Below, one piece after another: positions 27,097 to 35,128 of a DNA stretch of 44,628 nt. Within the stretch, counting starts at the first letter, position 1; each line of letters starts with the position of its first letter. The translations under genes and the position numbers were made by a program. This DNA is from a virus. Below the pieces are notes generated by a model. It did not search any database. It was not told the origin of the DNA and saw only the letters and a program-made list of their open reading frames with translations. The DNA lies in UHGV virus genome UHGV-0190738; one strand, written 5' to 3'.

Positions 27097-27125
27097 AAAA
27101 TAAAAACAGCCTCACGAGGAGACTG
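27097..27125 (-). terminator. Intrinsic terminator after the FtsK-gamma-like gene.
   Basis: On minus, a 7-bp stem (CAGTCTC/GAGGCTG) is followed by TTTTTATTTT. Confidence 0.5.
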
Positions 27126-27335
27126 CTAAACTAAGCCTTCATTCTTTAACTGCTCATATAACTTTGTTGCTCTGTTGATTCCAATTCGCATTCTGTGTTG
27201 TAAATGAACTGGCTTTAATTTTTGTTCAACCCCGTTAAAGTCAATTGCTATCTTTCTAGCTTCACTAATTAATTCATCGTCCATAATTATTTTTCCTCCA
27301 ATAATCGGCCATCGAAAATGTAGGTTTTCGGCCAA
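27126..27335 (-). CDS. Small protein with an FtsK-gamma-like winged-helix domain.
   Basis: QHRMRIGINRATKLYEQLKNEGLV closely resembles the FtsK gamma motif (QRRLRIGYNRAARLIEQMEEEGIV). Confidence 0.5.
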   Translation of the reverse strand: MAENLHFRWPIIGGKIIMDDELISEARKIAIDFNGVEQKLKPVHLQHRMRIGINRATKLYEQLKNEGLV

Positions 27336-27363
27336 AATAAAAAGACCGCCTAAGTGATCTCGA

Positions 27364-27525
27364 TTATGTATATTTCTTTAATTGTTCTTCTACATTTTTT
27401 CTGAAATTTTCATTCTTAGTTTTGAACTCTTTGTTTTTCTTTTCGAATTCAATTCTCTTTTCTAAGTTGTTTTTCCCAAAAGTTCTGTAGTCATTTCTTA
27501 ATTCATTCCATTGTTTTAACATCAT
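27364..27525 (-). CDS. Hypothetical basic small protein (53 aa, below the track threshold).
   Basis: RBS GAGG 8 nt before the ATGATG. AT-rich and Lys-rich. Confidence 0.25.
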   Translation of the reverse strand: MMLKQWNELRNDYRTFGKNNLEKRIEFEKKNKEFKTKNENFRKNVEEQLKKYT

Positions 27526-27539
27526 ATCCAAAACCTCTT

Positions 27540-28460
27540 TCAAGTAATTTTGATTATGTACTTTAGATAGACAGGGTTACCGATTCTATCCAAGCCATCG
27601 TGGAATTAGTTTAATTACTAACTCCGACCATCTAACCAAATATGTATTAAGCAACCTACTCCATTATGGAACCCACTGTTTATCCATGCCTGGCAGATAG
27701 GAATGCTCGGTTGCTTCGTTAGGACTATGACAAGATAGCCAATGTTGAACACTGGATCAGAATACCGCCCCTGACCTTGGCAAACTCATTTAACTATGAT
27801 TGCATCGATGTATCTGCTCATAGACCGCTACAAAGCCTGCGTAAGGCAACTTACCGTGTTCCTAGCAAGTCCAACTTAATGTTACTCCCCTAACCTACAA
27901 CTGAGAGCGTCTCACGTCTGAGATAGTATTCTATGCCTTTTAACTGATTCCCAGCACGCTGGTTAATTCAGCCAATCAACCGGCATCCGATAAGATTGAT
28001 TGTTTCCGTAGGTTCTCTAAGTCACTGGAGTGGCACTGCCCCACTCACGAAACTGTCTTTGCTTTTGGTAAAAAGGATTCGTAGACGACCACCGACTACT
28101 TCAATTACCCTTTGCGTCTTCTACTTCCGCCACAGTGACATAATATAAAGACGGCACGTGAACTTTAAAGAAAACGAAGTCTTTCAACTCCATTCTTATT
28201 TATTTTGTGCCGCCAGTGAGCTTCTAACTGCACCTAAAAGCTCGTTATATACATTGTGCAGATGTTGCCTTCTCTGTTTCCGCAGAGTGGCAGTGTAGTC
28301 AAAAAGCGAATAACCCACCAAGCTAGACGTTTATATGTTAAGAGGTATAAGGAGAAACTTCATGCCAATAAAGTTAGGTTGAGTCGTCTGCTTGGTGAAT
28401 TATCTACTCTATCATTTTAACCCCTATTGACATGAGACAACTACACGCTTTTGTCTCAAA
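27540..28460 (-). ncRNA. Candidate large structured non-coding RNA (a roughly 0.9-kb ORF-free, GC-enriched region just downstream of arpU). The strand is assumed from the operon context.
   Basis: No ORF of 60 aa or more in any frame. Local GC is clearly above the phage average. There are many short GC stems and GNRA-like loops (GCGGAAACAG, TACGGAAACA, GAGTGG-N7-CCACTC). Confidence 0.3.
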
Positions 28461-28874
28461 CTAATTTATTTCACCTATTTTTCTAGCAAAAGCAAATAAT
28501 ACCTTTTGTCTAATGCGATATATTGTTGGCTTACTATACCCATGTTTTTTACCAAACGAAGCCCAATCCATCCAACTATCCGCACCCCAATACTTCAATT
28601 CCATAAGCTTGCGGATATCACAGTCCTGTTCTTCTAACGTTTCCTTGATGCACTTCTTCCACAGTTGACGATTAATGATGTAAGGATCAGATAATTCTTT
28701 GATGACTTGTGATTCAACAGGATTACTTCTGATGTTACCTTTGCCGCCGCCGATGTTTTCATCAGCTTCTTTCATCTTGAGTTCTTCCTTACGGATAGCA
28801 ATTTCCTTGTTGTAATTCGGATAATTTGCAAACTTTCTGTCTAGTTCATTGATTAGATAATCGTTTCTACTCAA
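28461..28874 (-). CDS. ArpU-family late transcription activator.
   Basis: Size, position before the packaging genes, and the C-terminal HTH-like KPTIYRIRQKVLFAFARKIG are typical of ArpU/RinA-type regulators. Confidence 0.7.
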   Translation of the reverse strand: MSRNDYLINELDRKFANYPNYNKEIAIRKEELKMKEADENIGGGKGNIRSNPVESQVIKELSDPYIINRQLWKKCIKETLEEQDCDIRKLMELKYWGADSWMDWASFGKKHGYSKPTIYRIRQKVLFAFARKIGEIN

Positions 28875-28900
28875 TCATTCTTCCCCCGTTGTTCAATTAA

Positions 28901-29359
28901 TTATTTCCCAAAATATAGCCACCATTTAGCTACTGAAACGTCAATCTTTTTCTCTTTAAGTTTTTTGATTTGAGCATTATTTTTGTTGTATACGCTGATT
29001 TGCTCTTTGACTAAAGAATCTGATTTTAATTCTGGATACAACGACACAAGCGTCATAGTGTCTTTTGACCTAGCGGTTTCAAATGTATTATCTTCATGCT
29101 CCATGTATTGTTTAACTAGTGCGTCGACTTGTTCTTCTATATTCCTGTTTTCCGTTTGATACATCGATATTTTTTGATTGATGACTTTACCAGAAGCCAC
29201 TTCGTCCATGTTAGCTACTACAGTTATTCCGAATATTATTGCGGATCCTAATCCCAAGATTAATAAAATATAGCCCAACAGATCGTAATCCCACTCATTC
29301 ATCAACAATATTCCAACAACCGTAATTGCAATATAAATAATTAACAACAATGTTGCCAT
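28901..29359 (-). CDS. Membrane protein (two N-terminal TMDs plus a soluble coiled-coil domain).
   Basis: MATLLLIIYIAITVVGILLM...ILLILGLGSAIIFGITVVA hydrophobic helices. Confidence 0.45.
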   Translation of the reverse strand: MATLLLIIYIAITVVGILLMNEWDYDLLGYILLILGLGSAIIFGITVVANMDEVASGKVINQKISMYQTENRNIEEQVDALVKQYMEHEDNTFETARSKDTMTLVSLYPELKSDSLVKEQISVYNKNNAQIKKLKEKKIDVSVAKWWLYFGK

Positions 29360-29393
29360 TCAAATCCCTCCTTTATTGGCGACGATCCCGGAT

Positions 29394-29615
29394 CTAGTCA
29401 ATCCCATCATGTTTATTTCTCAAGTAAATGCTATACCATAAATTATCAACGCCTTTGTCAATATTCCGCAAAGAGCCACCGATACTATAAACGGCATAGA
29501 GCGCGATAAATGATGCTGCGCTAGGTAACTCATCTATGAATATAAACACAAAAGCCGTTATTAACAGAACAATTGGAAAAGCCACGTTAAAAAATTCACT
29601 GATTTTATTTTTCAT
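29394..29615 (-). CDS. Small membrane protein (two TMDs).
   Basis: FPIVLLITAFVFIFI and FIALYAVYSIGG hydrophobic segments. Confidence 0.4.
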   Translation of the reverse strand: MKNKISEFFNVAFPIVLLITAFVFIFIDELPSAASFIALYAVYSIGGSLRNIDKGVDNLWYSIYLRNKHDGID

Positions 29616-30006
29616 TTTTGTCCTCCAACAACTCTGGATTTTCGTAGATGTTACCTATGATTTCAATCGGTAAATCAATGCTATATAATAATTCAAATTC
29701 AGTATCTAGATTTTTATAATCAAGATAAAAACCGCCTTCTGTGAATCTGATTACTGACATATCGTCGCCCAATACGTCTCCAATAATCTTCACAATATCC
29801 CCCTCAAAAATCTCCACGCCGTTCTTGTCTTTCAGCCCTGTTGATTGCATGAGTTCGAAATTATCAAATATTGTATCTACTGTTTCTTGACTTGGAAAAC
29901 TAACATGCCCCAACTTGTATTGTTCATTGTTTCTATCAAACCATATTGATGTTACATCATGCATCGTATCTGCTTCTTTATCCCACGCTCTAAATTTCGG
30001 TATCAT
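29605..30006 (-). CDS. YopX-family protein. The likely start is at 30006 (MIPKF...), with RBS GGAAGTGA.
   Basis: MIPKFRAWDKE...GVEIFEGDIV...IEIIGNIYENPELL are YopX hallmark motifs. Confidence 0.7.
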   Translation of the reverse strand: MIPKFRAWDKEADTMHDVTSIWFDRNNEQYKLGHVSFPSQETVDTIFDNFELMQSTGLKDKNGVEIFEGDIVKIIGDVLGDDMSVIRFTEGGFYLDYKNLDTEFELLYSIDLPIEIIGNIYENPELLEDKNEK

Positions 30007-30034
30007 ATAATTCACTTCCATTTACTATTTTTTG

Positions 30035-30137
30035 TTGTATAATATGTTTGAGCTAGATCACAATAGTTACTCTATAACCATTATGAATACCCCCTAGCTC
30101 ACTGACCGCTGTCACCTCATATGACGCGGTCTTTTTT
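30035..30137 (+). ncRNA. Candidate small RNA unit 1: -10 TTGTATAAT (30035-30043), a roughly 90-nt body with a GAGCTAG/CTAGCTC closing helix, then terminator GACCGC-N16-GCGGTC plus T6.
   Basis: Promoter-like element, an internally complementary body and a strong intrinsic terminator, all on plus in a 250-bp intergenic gap between minus-strand genes. Confidence 0.3.
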
Positions 30138-30138
30138 A

Positions 30139-30245
30139 TGGTATAATTCAGACGAGCTAGATTCTTCCTTTTTAATTTCATTAAACTGAAAGCATATTTC
30201 AACTAGCTCAGAGACCGCTGCCACCCAATGTTCAGCGGTCTTTTT
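30139..30245 (+). ncRNA. Candidate small RNA unit 2: extended -10 TGGTATAAT (30139-30147), a body starting GAGCTAGAT with a CTAGCTC 3' partner, then terminator GACCGCTG-N12-CAGCGGTC plus T5.
   Basis: Tandem paralogue of unit 1. The ends and terminator are conserved but the middle segment diverges. Confidence 0.3.
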
Positions 30246-30273
30246 CTATGCAATCGCTTCGGTTACCGGATCT

Positions 30274-30483
30274 TTAGTGATACAGCATATTTTGGCTGAC
30301 TATGTTAATTTCAATTATCCTGAACAAGTTTCCTTCACTAGATAAATGATCTACGTAAAACGCACTTGCTTCTTTTCCCGTAGTAAAAGTTTCAGGAAAT
30401 AGTTTCCATGGCTTGCCTACTCCTGCGCATGTCATGATTCCGTAGCAGTCTACATTCATTCCGCCACCTCTTTCATTCCCCAT
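30274..30483 (-). CDS. Hypothetical small protein.
   Basis: ORF only. Confidence 0.3.
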   Translation of the reverse strand: MGNERGGGMNVDCYGIMTCAGVGKPWKLFPETFTTGKEASAFYVDHLSSEGNLFRIIEINIVSQNMLYH

Positions 30484-30845
30484 TCCGCGAAGGCTTGCAG
30501 GACTTGGAGAAACTCTATTTGTGTTAAACGATCTGAAATAATATCGGACTCCACATCATCCTCAAAGTACCAATAAATTGCAGATTCAAAAGAGCATCGT
30601 TCTTCCTTTTCCTCCTTCAACCAATCCAACACGACCTGCTGGTTTTCGTTGAGTTCGGGGTTTATCTTTTCCATTATCGAATCAGTTAAATCAGCAACAT
30701 CACTATCAGTCCATTCCTCGAAGTCATCTAATGTTACTGTTCCAACTGAAAATGAACTTTTTTCCCTAGTTAAGAAATATGCATAAGTATCCTCAATATC
30801 AATATGTTCATTTATTGCTGAGTGTATTTTGTCTCTAGTATTCAT
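30456..30845 (-). CDS. Hypothetical acidic protein.
   Basis: ORF only. Confidence 0.4.
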   Translation of the reverse strand: MNTRDKIHSAINEHIDIEDTYAYFLTREKSSFSVGTVTLDDFEEWTDSDVADLTDSIMEKINPELNENQQVVLDWLKEEKEERCSFESAIYWYFEDDVESDIISDRLTQIEFLQVLQAFAEWGMKEVAE

Positions 30846-30853
30846 TCCGCCAC

Positions 30854-31480
30854 CTACACTTTCTCGACTGTGCCGCCGAGATTTTTAGCCACCGAAGAAG
30901 CTGTTCCCTCATTTTTATATTTGATAATCGACTCATCTTCACCAAGCACCGTGTTCATCACAAATTGAGCAGTGGTATCTTCCCAACCACAAAAATATAA
31001 ATTACCAACTTTAACCACCCACTTCGGCTCTTCCTCGACCTCGTAGCCATCTATCCATGCCTTCATAAATTTTTCTGGATGTTTAACAAGCCAGTCAATC
31101 GCCTCTTCACTCTCACTGGTTTTATCATTCCTAAAGTACCAATCTTTGAAACAGATGAGCAGTGCCAATAAGTCGACGTCTGCCGATTTCCGATAATAAT
31201 CAAGTAATTCTCCAACACATTCTGGCACTTTGACTTTCTGCGGTTCAGTCTCATGGCCGTACACCGCATGATCTAAAGTTATCCTCAAGTTCTGAGCAGT
31301 TTCAGGGTACGACTCTGCAATTTTGTTCCATGCTTGTTCGTTGGTTACCTGTGGTTCTTCAAGTTCATTAATCATTTCGATAAGATCATCCATATAGACT
31401 GTTTCAACGGCTCCAAGACCAAAAACACTTGGTCTACCAACCTTATTTTCGTAAATCCATTTTAATAATTCTTGTTTCAT
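30854..31480 (-). CDS. Hypothetical phage protein (possibly DUF1642-like).
   Basis: A 208-aa ORF. Weak recollection of the DUF1642 architecture only. Confidence 0.4.
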   Translation of the reverse strand: MKQELLKWIYENKVGRPSVFGLGAVETVYMDDLIEMINELEEPQVTNEQAWNKIAESYPETAQNLRITLDHAVYGHETEPQKVKVPECVGELLDYYRKSADVDLLALLICFKDWYFRNDKTSESEEAIDWLVKHPEKFMKAWIDGYEVEEEPKWVVKVGNLYFCGWEDTTAQFVMNTVLGEDESIIKYKNEGTASSVAKNLGGTVEKV

Positions 31481-31512
31481 TTCATACCTCTTTTCTTATT
31501 TGATAGGCTGAG

Positions 31513-31980
31513 TTACAGTAGGTCTTTAATAAACGCCAGCCAATGCGTCTTACTTCGCTTATTGCCAAATAGTGGCTCATATGGCGCAATCGCTACTCTA
31601 ATGTCATGCAACTTGATTTGATCCTCATTCCACTTGAAAATTAAGGTCCCGTTTGGCCTCAACACTCGCATACATTCAAAGAAGCCCGATCGAATATCAA
31701 ATTCCCAAGAGTCTTTATTTAACTTGCCATACTTTTTGGCCAACCATGAATTTTCACCGGCATGGATCAAATGCGGCGGGTCAAATACGACTAAATCAAA
31801 CTCATTGTCTTCAAAGGGCATATCACGAAAATCTGCAACCACATCTGGATTAACATTAATAACGTGTCCTGTTGGTAATTCTTCGTAATACTGCCGGCAA
31901 TCCATAAAAGTTACATCTGGATTTTCTTTATCAAACCAGAACATTCGACTGCCGCAACAGGCGTCTAAAATTTTTGGCAA
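31513..31980 (-). CDS. Small DNA amino-methyltransferase (N6-adenine/N4-cytosine type).
   Basis: Motif I-like LDACCGS near the N-terminus and motif IV DPPH (VVFDPPHL). At 155 aa it is a compact phage-type MTase. Confidence 0.5.
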   Translation of the reverse strand: MPKILDACCGSRMFWFDKENPDVTFMDCRQYYEELPTGHVINVNPDVVADFRDMPFEDNEFDLVVFDPPHLIHAGENSWLAKKYGKLNKDSWEFDIRSGFFECMRVLRPNGTLIFKWNEDQIKLHDIRVAIAPYEPLFGNKRSKTHWLAFIKDLL

Positions 31981-31991
31981 ATGATCAACTC

Positions 31992-32972
31992 CTAAAGTAA
32001 GACTTCAAAAATACTTTCAAAAATATCAACTGGTATGCTGTTACCAGCCTGCTTATACATCGGCATTCTAAATCGTCCATTTCTTTCTACTGTAGAAGCC
32101 GCAGCGTTATAGTCCTCATCTGAATAACCTTGCAATCGCCAACACTCCAATTCAGTTAGATATCGAAAGCGATCAGCCCCACAATCAATTATTTGCGCTG
32201 GTGTTCGATCTTGTCGTGTAGTGATAGTGTATGCAAAATCTTCGATCACCGTCGCTCGTTTTATTCCAGTTTTCCCAATCACCGATAAGACACTAGGCTG
32301 TGTGACATCGTAAACTCTTTCAACCTCGTCGTTGTTCAAAAGGAACTCTCGAATATCTCGCATTGGTGTCTGTTTTAAAATTCTAAAATTAAACTGTGGT
32401 TGATCCAGCATAGAAATAGTAAAGACTCTTTGCCTTGCTTGAGGTATTCCGAAATCTCTTGCATCCAGTAGTTCAAAGGAGTTGGAATATCCTAGTTTCT
32501 CCATTTCATCTAAATAGCGATTGAAATTCTTCCTCATTCTTTTCCCGGTCACTGCCTTAACATTTTCCCAGATAACTACTCGCGGCCGCCAAGTTCCCAT
32601 ATCTTTTATTATTCGCAACGTCTCCCACATTAAACTCGATCTAGTCTCAGAACCCTCGTCAGCTCCCTTTTGGTGTCCAGCAATTGAAATATCTTGGCAA
32701 GGACTACCATGTATGAGGATATCAGGCTTTAAATTCCAATTAACTACTGATTGAACTCTATTCTCAAGATCATTTGCAAAAATAGCATTGTAACTATCGA
32801 CTGCCTTTTGATCGATTTCAACATAATCAATTGATTTAGTTGGTACTCCCATATTTCTAAGAGCGATTCGAGGGCTTCCTATCCCTCCAAAAAGTTCTAG
32901 AATTTGAAGCAATTGACTCCCTCCATTTCCTACATAATTGGTGTGGTTACCGGAACTATTCGTCCATTTCAT
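31992..32972 (-). CDS. DNA cytosine-5 methyltransferase.
   Basis: Motif I LELFGGIGS, motif IV GSPCQDIS, motif VI ENV. RFRMPMYKQAGNSIPV matches motif X. Confidence 0.85.
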   Translation of the reverse strand: MKWTNSSGNHTNYVGNGGSQLLQILELFGGIGSPRIALRNMGVPTKSIDYVEIDQKAVDSYNAIFANDLENRVQSVVNWNLKPDILIHGSPCQDISIAGHQKGADEGSETRSSLMWETLRIIKDMGTWRPRVVIWENVKAVTGKRMRKNFNRYLDEMEKLGYSNSFELLDARDFGIPQARQRVFTISMLDQPQFNFRILKQTPMRDIREFLLNNDEVERVYDVTQPSVLSVIGKTGIKRATVIEDFAYTITTRQDRTPAQIIDCGADRFRYLTELECWRLQGYSDEDYNAAASTVERNGRFRMPMYKQAGNSIPVDIFESIFEVLL

Positions 32973-33111
32973 TAATAATTTTTACAACTTCTGACTTAGC
33001 GGATTTACTTAATCTGTAAAAAATAATCTGATTTCTGTTTCTAAATTTCATGTTTGCATATTCTCTTCCAAGCGCTATGCCTAAAATGAATAGAATAATG
33101 GTCCATGTCAT
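32956..33111 (-). CDS. Small membrane protein (51 aa, MTWTIILFILGIALG...).
   Basis: Starts at the repeated AGGAGGACGGCGAATGA junction. One TM segment. Confidence 0.3.
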   Translation of the reverse strand: MTWTIILFILGIALGREYANMKFRNRNQIIFYRLSKSAKSEVVKIINEMDE

Positions 33112-33455
33112 TCGCCGTCCTCCTGGTTTGCTTGCTTCCAACTAAATTCTAATTTCTCAGTCGTGTATCTCAGCCTGAATGGGCCTGTTGCCTGCTCTTT
33201 GACGAACTCGACACGTATACCTGGCAATTTTTCTTTTAATCGGACTACCGTTCGCGGATCACGCAGACGTCTATTCAGATATTCATCTCTTTCTGATAAT
33301 GGTGTTGTACGTCTCAATTCAATGCGAAAACCTGAATACCCTTGCTGAGCTGATTTTTTAAATGTGTTAGGAAAATCATTCTTTTCAAACCAACGATCAA
33401 ACCATTTATCAAAAGACTGATCGCTGGTGCTTTTTAATTCTTCAATTAGACTCAT
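33108..33455 (-). CDS. Hypothetical protein ending ...QEDGE.
   Basis: ORF. Begins and ends at copies of the 17-bp junction repeat. Confidence 0.4.
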   Translation of the reverse strand: MSLIEELKSTSDQSFDKWFDRWFEKNDFPNTFKKSAQQGYSGFRIELRRTTPLSERDEYLNRRLRDPRTVVRLKEKLPGIRVEFVKEQATGPFRLRYTTEKLEFSWKQANQEDGE

Positions 33456-33763
33456 TCGCCGTCCTCCTCAGTAGTGGAAATTGTAAGAGTGTTGATTTTA
33501 GCTCCTATCAACTGCTGTAAAACAAGCTCCGCATTATCTACAAGTATTCCATCACGCTTGATTGATGTCCCTTGAATCCTACCTAATGATATTTCGCTTA
33601 CCGTCACAGGAAGAGGAATAGACAGTTTCATTTCCTTTGCTAGTTGAAAGAGCCTTTGCGCCTCACGGTGATTACGAACAAGAATGTAGTTTCCTGATAA
33701 GGCTGATTCTTTTATAAGGTCCAGTGTTTTACCTGACCGTCTTCCACGAGCTATGACTTTCAT
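33452..33763 (-). CDS. Hypothetical protein ending ...EEDGE.
   Basis: ORF. Begins and ends at copies of the 17-bp junction repeat. Confidence 0.4.
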   Translation of the reverse strand: MKVIARGRRSGKTLDLIKESALSGNYILVRNHREAQRLFQLAKEMKLSIPLPVTVSEISLGRIQGTSIKRDGILVDNAELVLQQLIGAKINTLTISTTEEDGE

Positions 33764-33774
33764 TCGCCGTCCTC

Positions 33775-34011
33775 CTAATCACTCAAACTCTCACTAATCA
33801 TTTTTTCTAATTCCATCATAATTTCATGTGGCAAATTCACTTCTACATCGATACCTTTATCAAAGCAATTCATTCGTAATAGATAGGTGACATCTTCGTC
33901 GCTAACTTCCTTAACTATTCCAAGTTTGTATAAATTGCAGTTGTTCACTACGACGTTTTTTTGTAAGTCGTGCAAACTAGTTTTGTTTTCGTATCTCACT
34001 TCATAGCTCAT
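33775..34011 (-). CDS. Hypothetical small protein.
   Basis: ORF only. Confidence 0.35.
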   Translation of the reverse strand: MSYEVRYENKTSLHDLQKNVVVNNCNLYKLGIVKEVSDEDVTYLLRMNCFDKGIDVEVNLPHEIMMELEKMISESLSD

Positions 34012-34038
34012 GATTTAAATCCTCCTTGATAGTTGTCG

Positions 34039-34284
34039 TTAGCGTAATGGATGCACTAGCATTGGATAACCAATAACATCCTCATTTGTGCAAACAGCAA
34101 TAAACTCATCGTGCATACAGTTTTCGCAAATTTTTTCCTCTACCCAAACACGCACGTTGTAAAATCGCATGTCTAGAATTTCATTATTAAACTTTGCAGG
34201 TACTATAAGTGTTTCATCGGTATACCACTTGCCACTTTTTTTGAAGAAACTAATTGTAATTTCCATTAAATCGACCTCCTTCAT
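34039..34284 (-). CDS. Hypothetical small protein.
   Basis: ORF only. Confidence 0.35.
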   Translation of the reverse strand: MKEVDLMEITISFFKKSGKWYTDETLIVPAKFNNEILDMRFYNVRVWVEEKICENCMHDEFIAVCTNEDVIGYPMLVHPLR

Positions 34285-34297
34285 CTCTTCCGTTAAC

Positions 34298-34462
34298 TTA
34301 CTCTCCTAACGCAATCATCACCTTTTGTTCTGGATGATTTTCCAAATAGCTAATTAAATCTTCTGTACTAGTTAAATCTTCATCTTCACAACTAAAGTAA
34401 ATACCACCAACTATTTCAGCTATTTTTTGTGCACTAATTGTTACATATTCGTTTTTCATCAT
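34298..34462 (-). CDS. Hypothetical small acidic protein (54 aa, below the track threshold).
   Basis: Strong RBS GAGGAGGAATGAA before the ATGATG. Confidence 0.3.
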   Translation of the reverse strand: MMKNEYVTISAQKIAEIVGGIYFSCEDEDLTSTEDLISYLENHPEQKVMIALGE

Positions 34463-34510
34463 TTCATTCCTCCTCTAATGCCCCAGCTTCGGTTGTAGAG
34501 CTTGCTTTTT

Positions 34511-34840
34511 TTAAATCTTGTCAACGAATAACCGCCAATTGTTCATTTCATTGATACTATTTTGACGCCAATCTGTGTTATGTCTCCACACTCGATCTGG
34601 ATATGTTAGATGGAAATCTTCGCGAATTTCTCGATCAAACTCAGCATACCAACGAATGTCTTTTCGACAATGCTTGCCCTCAAGCCACAAAATTCGCCTC
34701 CATCTCCGTTTACCATTCTGTTTTTTAAACAAAATATTACCTCCTTTTTCCTCTGCTAATGCTCCAGTTAACATAGCTTTCTGAGACCGAAAAATACAAG
34801 GTTCACTGCAATCGTTCAAGCAGCAAACCTTGCTACCCAA
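34511..34840 (-). CDS. Hypothetical protein, Cys-rich at the N-terminus. The start is uncertain.
   Basis: ORF only. Confidence 0.3.
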   Translation of the reverse strand: MGSKVCCLNDCSEPCIFRSQKAMLTGALAEEKGGNILFKKQNGKRRWRRILWLEGKHCRKDIRWYAEFDREIREDFHLTYPDRVWRHNTDWRQNSINEMNNWRLFVDKI

Positions 34841-35099
34841 TCTCTACTGCTTCACATTTTCTAACAATCACCCGATGGCCTAAATTTCTCAATATCGCCC
34901 CGTCGGCTTCGTGCCAATTCACAATTTCAAAACAAGCGGTATGTTTATACTCGTTAATCAATCTTCCAACGACCGAATAGATGCATTTGCTGTAATCCAG
35001 TTTGTAGTATTTCTTTGGACTTAACTGCGGGCGCCTTGGCGATAACGTGTTGTTCGACGCGAGAAACTTGCCAAATTTTTTATTGTTTGTTGTATTCAT
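34833..35099 (-). CDS. Hypothetical small protein.
   Basis: ORF only. Confidence 0.35.
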   Translation of the reverse strand: MNTTNNKKFGKFLASNNTLSPRRPQLSPKKYYKLDYSKCIYSVVGRLINEYKHTACFEIVNWHEADGAILRNLGHRVIVRKCEAVEIG

Positions 35100-35128
35100 T
35101 AGGTTCTCCTATCTCGTTTGAAATATTT

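Noticed and set aside
27540-28460. Group I intron interpretation of the ORF-free region (an S-like ATAGTCC and a GTTCAAC motif are seen on the minus strand near 27720-27745).
   Set aside because: The candidate R- and S-like elements are only about 15 nt apart, with no room for P3'/P8. arpU upstream is complete, so there are no exons to splice. A free-standing ncRNA fits better.
30050-30250. A CRISPR or type III antitoxin repeat array at the tandem units.
   Set aside because: There are only two copies, about 100 bp long, with divergent interiors. There is no downstream plus-strand ORF of a ToxN/AbiQ type, and no cas genes.
31063-31269. 68-aa minus-strand ORF in another frame inside the gene 30854-31480, and similar internal ORFs (31634-31888, 36919-37146).
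   Set aside because: They are nested in longer, better-supported ORFs and have no RBS. They are likely spurious.
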